A DNA stretch of 64,000 nucleotides, from NCBI GenBank assembly GCA_963793305.1, contig CAWBZV010000005.1, forward strand, positions 384,001 through 448,000, given 5' to 3'. Below the pieces are notes generated by a model. It searched no databases and was not told the DNA's origin. It saw only the letters and a program-made list of their open reading frames with translations. Position 1 is the stretch's first letter, and the number at the start of each line of letters is the position of its first letter. Of the stretch, positions 29,124 to 38,944 are shown one piece after another. A program made the position numbers and the translations under genes. Origin of the DNA: an uncultured Gemmatimonadales bacterium (GTDB lineage Bacteria > Gemmatimonadota > Gemmatimonadetes > Gemmatimonadales > Gemmatimonadaceae).

Positions 29124-29977
29124 GCCAGGTAGTCTACGACAACGTCGCGCAGAATGTCCCGCAGTCGCTCGACGCCGGGGCTCAACCCCCCGGCGGCAGC
29201 ATGGAGCGTGACCGGAAAGGCGCCGAGCCGGGGCAGATCGAACAACGTCTTATGCGAGACGAGCGAGCGAGGCACACCGAGCGCGCTCCGCACGGTGACG
29301 CCGAGTCCGGCCATGCCCAGCGCCCAAAGACCGGCGAGGCTCGGGCTCACGGCGGCGATCCGCCAGGGATGGCCCGCCGCGTCGAGGCTTTCGATGGCCT
29401 CTTTGCGGAACACGCACTGCGGCCCGAGGACTACGAGCGGCAGTGGTTCGTTGCGAGGCGCGAAATCCCGACGGGCGATCCACACGAGGTCAATGGTGCC
29501 GAGGGTGATGGCGTTCGGCCGTTGAGCGTGTCCAACGACGAGGACCAGGTCGATCTCGCCTTTGCTCACGGCCTCAACGAGCACGGCGTTCCCCTCGATG
29601 CGCACTTCCAATTGCACGAGCGGATAGAGTTTCGTGAACTGTGACAGGGCCCGCGGCAGTACGGTCTCGGCGAAATCCTGTGAGACCCCGACGCGAATCC
29701 GGCCGGCCAGTGACGCGCCCCGTACGGTGTCGAGGACTTCGTCGTTGAGGGCGAGCATCCGCCGCGCGTAGCGAAGGACGATCTCGCCCGCTTCGGTCAG
29801 CGCCACGCCACGTCCTGATTTGCGAAAAATCGTGGCGCCGACCGAGGCCTGCAGCTTCTTCATCTGCAGGCTGATTGCCGACGGCGTTCGTCCGAGTCGT
29901 GTCGCGGCCTGCCCATAGCCTCCCAGGTCATTCGCCACGACCAGCGTGCGCAGCGTATCGAGATCCAGGTTGATCAT
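29120..29977 (-). CDS. LysR family transcriptional regulator
   Basis: AATRLGRTPSAISLQMKKL; LTEAGE. Confidence 0.92.
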   Translation of the reverse strand: MINLDLDTLRTLVVANDLGGYGQAATRLGRTPSAISLQMKKLQASVGATIFRKSGRGVALTEAGEIVLRYARRMLALNDEVLDTVRGASLAGRIRVGVSQDFAETVLPRALSQFTKLYPLVQLEVRIEGNAVLVEAVSKGEIDLVLVVGHAQRPNAITLGTIDLVWIARRDFAPRNEPLPLVVLGPQCVFRKEAIESLDAAGHPWRIAAVSPSLAGLWALGMAGLGVTVRSALGVPRSLVSHKTLFDLPRLGAFPVTLHAAAGGLSPGVERLRDILRDVVVDYLA

Positions 29978-30043
29978 AGTTGAGCAACGCTAACTAATTA
30001 GCCGAGAATATTCAAATTGTGTTGCGCATAATTTAAGTGTACC

Positions 30044-30610
30044 ATGCGCGTCATGACACGTCTATCGATTGTTTTGCTTTCGCTCGCCTGCGCCGCGACG
30101 CGCCTCGACGACGCCCAGGGGTTGATAACCCTCGACGACGGGGGCCACGCGATCACGTTCCAGTTCGACCGCGCGCGTCGCTTGGATCCGCCATCGCTCG
30201 CGGGCGTATGGACGCTCACGGTCGCCGACGAGATTCGCCCGGATGGCTCGCGTGTGCATGCGTACGGCGAGTATCCAGAGGGCCAGCTCATCCTCGATCC
30301 GTCAGGCCACTACTCCGTATTCGTTTTCCGGACGCCGCACACGAAGTTCGCTTCCGGCGACAAGTCGCGCGGCACCGCCGCCGAGTATGAGGCGGCGACG
30401 CGGGAAGCGAGCGCGCACTACGGGCGCTACACCGTGGACGCGACCAGTCACACACTCACGTTCGACATCGACCACGCGTCGTTCCCGAACCAAGACGGTG
30501 TCGAGCAGAAGCGCCCATACGAGCTCGTGGGGGACGATCTCACCTACCGCATCCCCCCGCGCGCCGACGGCACGATCTCGATCTCTTCGTGGCACCGGTT
30601 GGTTCGATAG
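30044..30610 (+). CDS. lipocalin-like domain protein
   Basis: LAGVWTL, G.L..D.SG.YS, AHYGRY.VD, SFPN.DG..QKR. Confidence 0.75.
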   Translation: MRVMTRLSIVLLSLACAATRLDDAQGLITLDDGGHAITFQFDRARRLDPPSLAGVWTLTVADEIRPDGSRVHAYGEYPEGQLILDPSGHYSVFVFRTPHTKFASGDKSRGTAAEYEAATREASAHYGRYTVDATSHTLTFDIDHASFPNQDGVEQKRPYELVGDDLTYRIPPRADGTISISSWHRLVR

Positions 30611-30652
30611 GGAGCGAACCGTTGCGGCTGGTGTTCACGATACATTGGGGTC

Positions 30653-31394
30653 ATGAGAATGCTCTATTGTCGCACTATTCATAGTCCCAGCGGTCGCACA
30701 GGCCCAATGGAAAACCCCTTGGAGCTATGAGGGCCCGCGGGGTTACGCGCACTGGGGTGATCTAGACCCCGACTACGCCACGTGCAAAACGGGCCAGGCC
30801 CAGTCCCCGATCGACATTCGCTCCACCGAGAAGGCCGATTTGGCGCCGATCCGATTCCAGTACACGAGCGCCCCGCTCAAGTACTTGATCAATAACGGCT
30901 ACACCATTCGCGTGAACTACCACGACACGTCGAGCGTTCTCGTCGTCGGCGACAAACGCTACCATCTCACCCAATTCCACTTCCATCGCCCCAGCGAGGA
31001 GTATATCCACGACAAGCCGTACGCGATGGAGCTGCACTTGATGCACACCGCGAGCGACGGCGAGATCGCCGGCGTCGCCGTGATGATCACTTCGGGCGCG
31101 GCGAACGAGACGGTCCAGCGCCTCTGGGACCACATGCCCAAGGTGAAGGGCAATGAGCAAGAGATCCCCGGCGTCGCCATTGATCCCTCTGGTCTCATTC
31201 CTCACGATCTCTCCTACTATCTGTACACGGGCTCGATCAGCGCGCCGCCATGCACCGAAGGCGTGCTCTGGTACGTGCTCGAGACGCCGATCACGCTGTC
31301 GCCCGCACAGATCGCGGCGTTCGCCGAGTTGTACCCGCACGACGTCCGGCCGCTGCAACCGCTCAACGGGCGCGTGGTCAAGGAGAGCCGCTAA
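30653..31394 (+). CDS. alpha-class carbonic anhydrase (1-nt frameshift in signal peptide near 30665)
   Basis: WSYEG..G..HWG, QSPIDI, QFHFH.PSE, ELHLMH, PPCTEGV.W, RPLQPLNGR; ATG 30653 is out of frame with the IVALFIVPAVAQA signal. Confidence 0.88.
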
Positions 31395-31403
31395 TTTGAC
31401 GGA

Positions 31404-32420
31404 GTGAAGGCCACACGGCAGCTCGCTCGCCTCGGGGCGCTCGTCGGCGCCTGGTGCGCTGTCGTGCTGTTCACGGCGAGCCAATACTCGCTGATCTACA
31501 CCGCCACGGGTGGCGCGGCCCACTTCCCGATGGCTCTCCGGGTCTCGGCCCTGCAGTGGCTGCCCTGGCTCGTCATCGGCCCGTGCGTCGTGCTCTTGGC
31601 CCAACGCTTCCCGCTGCGCGGCGCTCACTGGCCGCAACACCTGGCCATTCACCTGCTCGCCACCGTTGTCGTCGCCGCGGTCGTCACGCGCTCGTTCGGC
31701 GCGGCATTTTTGCGCAATGTCCATTCGGAGGCGATCGTCTATTGGCTGCTGGTCGCCAGCACCCACCTGGCCGACTCGCTCCGCCGCGCGCGCGAGCGCG
31801 AAAGCCACGTGTCCCGTCTCGAGGTACAGCTCGCCGATGCCCGCCTGGCCGCGCTCCAGTCGCAGCTTCACCCGCACTTCCTGTTCAACACCCTGCACGC
31901 CGTGTCATCACTGATCCACGAGGATGCCGACGGGGCCGAAGATATGCTCACCGCGTTGAGCGATCTCCTCCGCACGACGCTCAGCCGCGGCAGCCAACGC
32001 GAGGTGCCGCTCCACGACGAGATCGACTTTCTCGAGCGGTACCTCGAAATTCAAAAGATGCGCCTGGGCGACCGCCTGCAGGTGACGCTGGACGTCCCAT
32101 CGGAGGTCGCCGATATCCTGGTCCCGTCGTTCGCGATACAACCGCTGGTCGAGAACGCGATCCGTCATGCGATCGCCCCGCGGCGCGCCGGCGGCCATCT
32201 CGAGATCCGGGCGACGCAAGTCGATGGCCGCTTGCGTGTGACGGTAGCCGACGACGGGCCGGGCTTTCCGGCCGAAATGGGGTGGGGGATAGGCCTGGAG
32301 AACACCCGCGCGCGCCTCACGCAACTGTACGGCGACGAATGCCGATTCATCATCGCCGACCGAGCGACGGGAGGCGCGTCCGTGACGATCGAGCTCGTCG
32401 CGCGCACGAAGACCGCATGA
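31404..32420 (+). CDS. LytS-type sensor histidine kinase
   Basis: TM helices; QLHPHFLFNTLH, QPLVENAIRH, DDGPG, GIGLENT. Confidence 0.92.
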   Translation: MKATRQLARLGALVGAWCAVVLFTASQYSLIYTATGGAAHFPMALRVSALQWLPWLVIGPCVVLLAQRFPLRGAHWPQHLAIHLLATVVVAAVVTRSFGAAFLRNVHSEAIVYWLLVASTHLADSLRRARERESHVSRLEVQLADARLAALQSQLHPHFLFNTLHAVSSLIHEDADGAEDMLTALSDLLRTTLSRGSQREVPLHDEIDFLERYLEIQKMRLGDRLQVTLDVPSEVADILVPSFAIQPLVENAIRHAIAPRRAGGHLEIRATQVDGRLRVTVADDGPGFPAEMGWGIGLENTRARLTQLYGDECRFIIADRATGGASVTIELVARTKTA

Positions 32421-33196
32421 ACATCACGGCGGTCATCGTCGACGACGAACCGCTCGCCCGCCGGCGCATTCGCTCGCTGCTCGCCCGGGAGCGCGATATC
32501 GAGGTGCTCGAAGAATGCGCCGACGGCACGAGCGCCGTCGACGCGATTCGACGCCGCCGACCGGATCTCGTGTTTCTCGATGTCCAGATGCCGGAGATGA
32601 ACGGCTTCGCGGTCCTTCGCGCGCTCGGGAGAGACCTCACGGCGGCCGTCGTCTTCGTGACGGCCTACGAGCAATTCTCGCTGCGCGCCTTCGACGTCCA
32701 CGCGCTCGACTATCTGCTCAAGCCATTCCATCGCCGACGCTTCCAGGAAGCGCTGCGCCGCGTTCGACAGCGCTTCACCAACGAACGCGAGCTGGCCGAC
32801 GTCCGCGTGCGCCTGGCCGCGCTCCTCGAGGCCTCCGACGACGGCGCCGACACGGTCCGCGCGGCTCCGATCGAGCGCCTGGCGATCCGCACGACGACCA
32901 AGGTCGCGATCGTGCGCGTGCGCGAGATCGACTGGATCCAGGGCGACGGGAACTACGTTCGGCTGCACGTCGGGGGTGCCGTGCATCTGCTCCGACAGAC
33001 CATGAAGGCGCTCGTCGGCCAGCTCGACCCGAGCCTGTTCGTCCGCATCCACCACTCCTGCATCGTGAACGTGGAGCGCGTGCGTGAGCTTCAGCCGTGG
33101 TCGCACGGCGACTACGTCGTCGTCCTCGACAACGGGAAGCGCCTCATGTCGAGCCGGACCTACAGCGGGAATCTGCGCCGCGCGTTCGCGCTGTAA
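32417..33196 (+). CDS. LytTR family response regulator
   Basis: VDDEPLAR, LDVQMP, DYLLKP, FVRIH.S.IVN; ATGA overlap. Confidence 0.92.
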   Translation: MNITAVIVDDEPLARRRIRSLLARERDIEVLEECADGTSAVDAIRRRRPDLVFLDVQMPEMNGFAVLRALGRDLTAAVVFVTAYEQFSLRAFDVHALDYLLKPFHRRRFQEALRRVRQRFTNERELADVRVRLAALLEASDDGADTVRAAPIERLAIRTTTKVAIVRVREIDWIQGDGNYVRLHVGGAVHLLRQTMKALVGQLDPSLFVRIHHSCIVNVERVRELQPWSHGDYVVVLDNGKRLMSSRTYSGNLRRAFAL

Positions 33197-33278
33197 CTCC
33201 AGTTGGTGTCACGGGTGGTCCGCACGGTCCCGTCGCCGCTGCGAAGTCACCCGCGAGCGTGCCACCGTTGGCGCATTC

Positions 33279-33770
33279 ATGCGCAACCTCATTCTAGGTT
33301 TCACCGCGGGCCTCGCGACCATCCCGTCGGTTCTGTTCGTCGCAGGCCTACTCGGTCTTCTCCCGACTCGGTCCACGGACACTCCGCCAGCCTGGGAGAC
33401 AGCCTTCGGGCGCCACGCTCTGCACGCGGCCGCCGCGATCCACGCCCCTCATCTCCAGAATCCGGTGGCCCCAACCGACTCCAGCCTCCGTGCGGGCATG
33501 AAATACTTCAACGACCAGTGCGAGGGATGTCACGGCTCCGTGAAGCGAGACAACTCGGTCGGTCTCTATCCACCCCCACCGCGTTTCGCGACCCATCCGC
33601 CGACGCTTCCGGACTGGCAGTTGTTCTGGATCGTGAAGAACGGCGTTCGGTACTCGGGAATGTTCGCGAACGCCAACGTCGCCGACGAGAAGATCTGGAC
33701 TGTCGTGACCTTTTTGCGCCACCTGGACTCGCTCCCGCCCTCAGTCGCCGCCGAGTGGAAGTCGCACTAG
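33279..33770 (+). CDS. membrane-anchored cytochrome c
   Basis: CEGCH; LFWIVKNGVR..GM. Confidence 0.85.
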   Translation: MRNLILGFTAGLATIPSVLFVAGLLGLLPTRSTDTPPAWETAFGRHALHAAAAIHAPHLQNPVAPTDSSLRAGMKYFNDQCEGCHGSVKRDNSVGLYPPPPRFATHPPTLPDWQLFWIVKNGVRYSGMFANANVADEKIWTVVTFLRHLDSLPPSVAAEWKSH

Positions 33771-34348
33771 GTCAGCGAATTCCAGAATTCGATCGTGCGA
33801 GGATTGACCGGTCGCTGCCGTCTGATCCGCGAGCTGATCTGGTGCGCGAGAATCTGACGCAGCACGCCGTCGGGGTCGCGGGGGACGCGCTTCGCCAGTT
33901 GCGCGCGCTGCTTGCGCCGGCTCTTGCGGCCGGGTTCCAAGAAGTCGGCCAGATAGAGCATCTTCCCCACGTCATCCCAGCGCGGGTGCCCCACGCTGTG
34001 GTACCGGACCGCGCTCAGCACCCCGCGGTCCGACTCGCCGTGCGACGCCGCGAGCTCGGCCGCCGCGTGGCCATGGCCGATGCCATCCGGCAGCTCGGCG
34101 TCCCTCAGCGCGTCATGCAGCCAACACGCCGTGAGCCACCGCTGGCGCTCCTCTTGGCTCACGTCCATATCGTCTGCCCACTCGTCGAGAAGCGCGATCA
34201 TGCGCCGCACATGGGCCCGCCGCTTCTTGCCCGCTTGCGCCCAGTCCGGCAGGTCCGTCGCTGCTTGCGCAGGCGCCGGTCGCCCCCGGACACGTCGGCC
34301 GAAGAGCCGTAGCAACAGGTTGCGGGTGCGTTGAGCGAACTGGGGCAT
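33767..34348 (-). CDS. HD domain phosphohydrolase (YqeK-like)
   Basis: AHV, LHDALR, HGHAAA, AVRYHSVG, LYLADFLEPGR. Confidence 0.75.
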   Translation of the reverse strand: MPQFAQRTRNLLLRLFGRRVRGRPAPAQAATDLPDWAQAGKKRRAHVRRMIALLDEWADDMDVSQEERQRWLTACWLHDALRDAELPDGIGHGHAAAELAASHGESDRGVLSAVRYHSVGHPRWDDVGKMLYLADFLEPGRKSRRKQRAQLAKRVPRDPDGVLRQILAHQISSRIRRQRPVNPRTIEFWNSLT

Positions 34349-34384
34349 GGCCGGACATAAAATAAAAGCTCCCCGCCGTTCTGG

Positions 34385-34873
34385 TCAGCGCGTCCCGTGG
34401 CGGGTGTATAGCCCGTCGAACACGATCTGCCAGGTCGCGCCGCCATCCGACGACGTATCCCACACCTGCCGGACGCGATTCGGATCGCCGTGCTCGCGTT
34501 GCCACGTGATGCGATTGATGATCGCGCCACCCGTCGCACTCACGCCGGGTCCGCTCAAGACCATCTTGTCGCCGGCGAACGACCCGTCGAGCAACAGCAG
34601 GGTGCCCTGATCATCGACCCAGGTCTGATGCCATTGCTTGCGCGTCGCGTCGTACACGTTGAAGCTCGACCCGCGCGTTCCACGCGCGCCGACCCAATGC
34701 TCTTGCAACACGCAGCCGCCGAGTGGCCGATCGATGGAGTTCGTGCCGACGACATTGCCTTTGGGTCCGGTCACTGTCCAATCGCCGACCCAGAAGTCGA
34801 ACTGATGGTATTCGGGTGCCGCGCAGGCGGGGGCGACGAGCATCGTCAGCACGAGACCGACAGAGACGATCAT
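34385..34873 (-). CDS. secreted hypothetical protein (FDFWVGDW family)
   Basis: Signal peptide; EYHQFDFWVGDW, W.QTWVD, SSDGGATW...FDG.Y. Confidence 0.7.
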   Translation of the reverse strand: MIVSVGLVLTMLVAPACAAPEYHQFDFWVGDWTVTGPKGNVVGTNSIDRPLGGCVLQEHWVGARGTRGSSFNVYDATRKQWHQTWVDDQGTLLLLDGSFAGDKMVLSGPGVSATGGAIINRITWQREHGDPNRVRQVWDTSSDGGATWQIVFDGLYTRHGTR

Positions 34874-34962
34874 GGTGCGCTCCGATGGTGGGTGTCGCAT
34901 CCAACATGACGGTGACCCACGCACCGCACCAGACGCGTGACGATTTCCGCACAACCCGATGA

Positions 34963-35328
34963 CTAATTCTCGTCCCGATGCACGGTCGTCGTCGAAAACG
35001 CCGGAATACAGATCGCGACATACTCCGCGCCGCCGGCATCTGGGCTGCTATAGCGAATCCATTCCCCCGGTTGCGCGATGACGGCCTGTCCCGCCTTCAC
35101 CTGGAGCGCGCCGCCGTCGTACTCCACTCGCAGCATCCCGCGCAGCACGACCGTAATCTCCTCGAACTCCGGTCGTTGACCCGGTTCGGCCCACCCTTCT
35201 GGAGAAACCATTCGGGCCACACTGACTGTCGCATGACCGGACCGCATCCGCCCGGCGTACTCCTCGATGCGTTTGGGCTTGTTCCCGACGGCCGGGATCA
35301 CGGCCGGTGAGTCGATCAGTATCGGCAT
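34963..35328 (-). CDS. cupin domain protein
   Basis: GW.EPGQRPEFEE; W.RYS; YVAIC.PAFS..TVHRD. Confidence 0.85.
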   Translation of the reverse strand: MPILIDSPAVIPAVGNKPKRIEEYAGRMRSGHATVSVARMVSPEGWAEPGQRPEFEEITVVLRGMLRVEYDGGALQVKAGQAVIAQPGEWIRYSSPDAGGAEYVAICIPAFSTTTVHRDEN

Positions 35329-35421
35329 TTTTATCGGAGGGGGAAAGCACGTCCGTGATTTCGCGGATTCGACCTGGCGAGTAATCAGTGGAAGTACAGC
35401 CTCGTCGACAAGTGGGTGGAG

Positions 35422-36546
35422 TTACAGGATGCTTTCGACCAACGTGGCCCAATAACTGGCGCCAATCGGCAGGATGTCGTCGTTGAAGGCATAGCGGGAG
35501 CTGTGTAGGCCGACGCCGTCGACAATGGGCCCATTGCCGATCCACAGGTAGCAGCCTGGCCGCGCCGCCAACATGAACGCGAAGTCCTCGCACCCCATGC
35601 TCGGCACGACGTCGCGCTGCACCTGCTCGTCGCCCGCGACCGTTGCCGCCGCCCGAGTCGCCCACTCGGTTGGCCCGTCGGCGTTCACCGCGGGAGGAAT
35701 CGGCTTGTAGTACGCGATCTCGCTTCTCACCCCGTAGGTCGCGGCCACGCCGTCCGAGACTCGCCGGATCGCATCCCTGAGAACCGCCCGAAGCTCTGGC
35801 CTCAAGTACCGACAGGTCCCGCGCAACACGACCTGCTCGGGAACGATGTTCCACGTATTCCCGCCCTGGACCTGCGTGACGCTGACGACGGCCCCGTCCT
35901 GCGGATCGATCGTCCGACTCACGATGGTCTGGACGGCGCCGATGCACGCCGCCGCGGCAACAATGGGGTCGTCGCCCAGGTGCGGCATGGCGGCGTGCGC
36001 ACCGCGCCCGGTGATGGTGATCTCGAACTTGTCGTCCGCCGCCATGATCGGCCCGACGCAGACGCCGAACGAGCCCACGGCCAGCCCCGGCCAGTTGTGC
36101 ATCCCGTAGACCGCCTCGACGGGAAACCGCTCGAACAGCCCATCCTCCACCATCTTCTGCCCGCCGCACTCATTCTCCTCGGCGGGCTGAAAGATGAAGT
36201 GCACGATGCCGTCGAAATGCCTCGTCTCCGCCAGATATCGCGCCGCGCCGAGGAGCATGGCGGTATGACCGTCGTGGCCGCACGCATGCATAATGCCGTG
36301 AATGGGTAGCGCGTCCATATCCGCGCGCAGCCCGATCGCCCGTCGCCCACGACCGGCGCGGAGCGTTCCGACGACCCCGGTGCTGGCCAGGCCTCTATGG
36401 GTCTCGATGCCGAACCCGGCCAGTGTCCGGGCCACCAGCTCCGATGTTCGATGCTCTTGAAAGGCCAGCTCGGGGTGCATGTGAATGTCATGCCGCCAGG
36501 CTTTCATGTCGGCATGAAAATCGACAATGCGTTCGATGAGGGGCAT
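35422..36546 (-). CDS. M20 family amidohydrolase (hippurate hydrolase-like)
   Basis: HPELAFQE, RADMDALP, MHACGHDGH, FQPAEE, GMHNWP, EDF. Confidence 0.92.
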   Translation of the reverse strand: MPLIERIVDFHADMKAWRHDIHMHPELAFQEHRTSELVARTLAGFGIETHRGLASTGVVGTLRAGRGRRAIGLRADMDALPIHGIMHACGHDGHTAMLLGAARYLAETRHFDGIVHFIFQPAEENECGGQKMVEDGLFERFPVEAVYGMHNWPGLAVGSFGVCVGPIMAADDKFEITITGRGAHAAMPHLGDDPIVAAAACIGAVQTIVSRTIDPQDGAVVSVTQVQGGNTWNIVPEQVVLRGTCRYLRPELRAVLRDAIRRVSDGVAATYGVRSEIAYYKPIPPAVNADGPTEWATRAAATVAGDEQVQRDVVPSMGCEDFAFMLAARPGCYLWIGNGPIVDGVGLHSSRYAFNDDILPIGASYWATLVESIL

Positions 36547-36561
36547 GGCCGAAATCGTAGT

Positions 36562-37377
36562 CTATGCCCGATCTCCCGGATTGAACGTTATTGCACCCGG
36601 CGTGACGCCATACGCCGCCTTGAATTTCCGGATGAGATGACTCTGATCCGAAAATCCCACGGTAACCGCCGCGATCGCCGCCGACTCGCCGTCGAGCAAG
36701 AGTCGCTTCGCGCGCCGGAGCCTGAGCTGTGTCTGATACCAATGCGGCGGCAGCCCGACGTGTCGGCGAAACGCGCGGAGCAGTTGAAATCGATCGACGC
36801 CGGCCATGGCCGCGAGCTCCGTCAACGAGCAGTCGTCCGCGAAATGCTCCGAGAGATACTCCCTTGCGATCCTCACTGCCCGCGGCGTGGATCGTTCGCC
36901 CCCGGCCCGCGGCGGAACCCCGCCATGCCGCCGCGCCAGCGCGGCGACCGCGGTCAGCAGTCGCGTAAGACTCTCGAGCCGGGGCTCGGGACGCTCGAGT
37001 GCGCGGTGCGCGTCGAGGATGCACTGGGCGAGCGCGCGATCACTGACGACGGCGTCCGGGAAGAACGGCGTAGCTTCGAGCACGGTCTCCACGACCGCGC
37101 GGTCGAGGTAGATCATACGATACGAATACTCGTCACCGCGCCCCGCGGGCCCGCCGTCGTGCTCGTCCTCGGGATTGACGATGATGACGCGTCCCGGAAT
37201 AGCAGTCCACACTCGACCGCGTGCCCAGAACGCGTGCGCCCCAGCGACGACGGCGCCGAGCGCGTAGCCCTCATGCGAATGCCGCGCGTAGCGATGGGAG
37301 CTGGCGTCCCATCGCAAGAGCTCCACGCCAGCAATCCCTGCGGGTCTCCAGTATCGGGAAACCATACGATCATACAA
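36562..37377 (-). CDS. AraC family transcriptional regulator
   Basis: RHSHE cupin domain; GFSDQSHL.R.FK..YG.TPG. Confidence 0.92.
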   Translation of the reverse strand: MYDRMVSRYWRPAGIAGVELLRWDASSHRYARHSHEGYALGAVVAGAHAFWARGRVWTAIPGRVIIVNPEDEHDGGPAGRGDEYSYRMIYLDRAVVETVLEATPFFPDAVVSDRALAQCILDAHRALERPEPRLESLTRLLTAVAALARRHGGVPPRAGGERSTPRAVRIAREYLSEHFADDCSLTELAAMAGVDRFQLLRAFRRHVGLPPHWYQTQLRLRRAKRLLLDGESAAIAAVTVGFSDQSHLIRKFKAAYGVTPGAITFNPGDRA

Positions 37378-37390
37378 ATTAACTCACACC

Positions 37391-38255
37391 ATGAAATTAC
37401 AAATGCTGCACGTCGTACTGCTCGCCGGCGCCGTCGCGGCCTGCCATTCGTCAGATCCGTCCGCTCGCGCGCCGGTCCTCAGGATTTCGGCCATTCCAGA
37501 CCAGGACCCCGAAAAGCTGCAGCGGCTGTACGGCAAGGTCTCGACGTATCTCTCGACCGCGCTCGGCGTCCCGGTCGAGTATCGCCCGGTGACCGATTAC
37601 ACCGCATCGGTGACCGCATTCAAGGTCGGCGATCTCGATCTCGTCTGGTACGGTGGCCTCACCGGCGTGCAAGCGCGACTACAGGTCCCCGGCGCACACG
37701 CGATCGCCCAGCGCGACATCGACACGGCGTTCCACGCGGTGTTCATCACCCGTCGCGCGTCGGGCATCCGATCGCTCGCCGATCTCAAGGGCCATACGTT
37801 CACATTCGGCAGCGAGACATCAACGTCGGGGCGGCTCATGCCGCAGTACTACCTGCACCAGGGGGGCGTGGAGCTCTCTGACTTCCGTGGCCCCCCGGGA
37901 TTTTCGGGGTCGCACGACAAGACGATCGCCCTCGTCGCGGCCGGCACCTACGACGCCGGAGCGCTGAATGCCCAGGTGTGGCAAGCCCGCGTCGCCAGCA
38001 AGGCGGTCGACACAACGCAAGTCGTCGTCTTCTATGTGACGCCGGCATTCCACGACTATCACTGGGTCTTGCGCCCCGAACGTCGAGCGGCGCTTCGGCG
38101 CGGGATTCGCCGATAAGGTGCGGTCCGCGCTGATCACGCTGGATCAACAGGACATCCTCGACCTCTTCGGCGCGCACCGCTTCGTGAGCGCGGCGGACAG
38201 CGATTACACACAAATCGAGTCCGTTGGTCGCGCCATAGGAACGATCGTACAGTGA
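37391..38255 (+). CDS. PhnD-like (putative selenate/phosphonate) ABC substrate-binding lipoprotein, frameshift in C-run 38074-38077
   Basis: ISAIPDQ, DLVWYGGLTGVQAR, STSGRLMP, SGSHD.T; after removing one C the frame reads NVERRFGAGFADKV...IGTIVQ* ending at the GTGA overlap with the ATPase. Confidence 0.85.
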
Positions 38256-38944
38256 TCGTCGCGTTACGGCACGTGAGTCGCCGGTTCGGCGAGCGGCTCG
38301 CCGTCGACGACGTGTCGCTCAATGTTCGCGCCGGCGAGCGTGTCGCGCTCATCGGTCCGAGCGGCGCCGGCAAGACCACGCTGCTGCGGTTGATCAACGG
38401 GAGCGTCGGGCCGACCGCCGGTCACGTCACCGTTTCGGCGGCGCGCCGCGAGATCGGGACCATCGACCAATCCTTGGCGCTCGTCGACGCGCTCCGGGTC
38501 ATTCACAATGTCAATGCCGGTCACCTGGGTCGCTGGTCGACGCTGCGCGCGCTCGTCTCGTTGATCGTCCCGCGGGAGCGACCACACGCCGCCGCGGTGC
38601 TCGAAGGACTCGGCATCCCCGAGACAATCGACGCACGCACTGGCGATCTATCGGGCGGCCAGCGCCAACGAGTCGCGATCGCGCGCGTTCTGGTACAGGA
38701 CCCGCTGCTCGTCCTCGCCGACGAACCGGTCTCGCAGCTCGACCCCGAGCGCGCGCGGATGATCTTGACGCTCCTCGCGAGTCGCGGCGGTACGCTGATC
38801 GCCAGTCTGCATCGTCCCGATCTGGCCCGCGAATACTTCGACCGAATCATCGGCCTCCGTGCCGGGCGCGTCGTCTTCGATCGGCCGCCAGCCAACGTCA
38901 AAGCGGCGCTGCTCGAGCAGCTCTACACGGTCGCGCCGCCGTGA
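38252..38944 (+). CDS. PhnC-like ABC transporter ATP-binding protein
   Basis: GPSGAGKT, LSGGQRQRVAIAR, ADEP. Confidence 0.9.
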   Translation: MIVALRHVSRRFGERLAVDDVSLNVRAGERVALIGPSGAGKTTLLRLINGSVGPTAGHVTVSAARREIGTIDQSLALVDALRVIHNVNAGHLGRWSTLRALVSLIVPRERPHAAAVLEGLGIPETIDARTGDLSGGQRQRVAIARVLVQDPLLVLADEPVSQLDPERARMILTLLASRGGTLIASLHRPDLAREYFDRIIGLRAGRVVFDRPPANVKAALLEQLYTVAPP

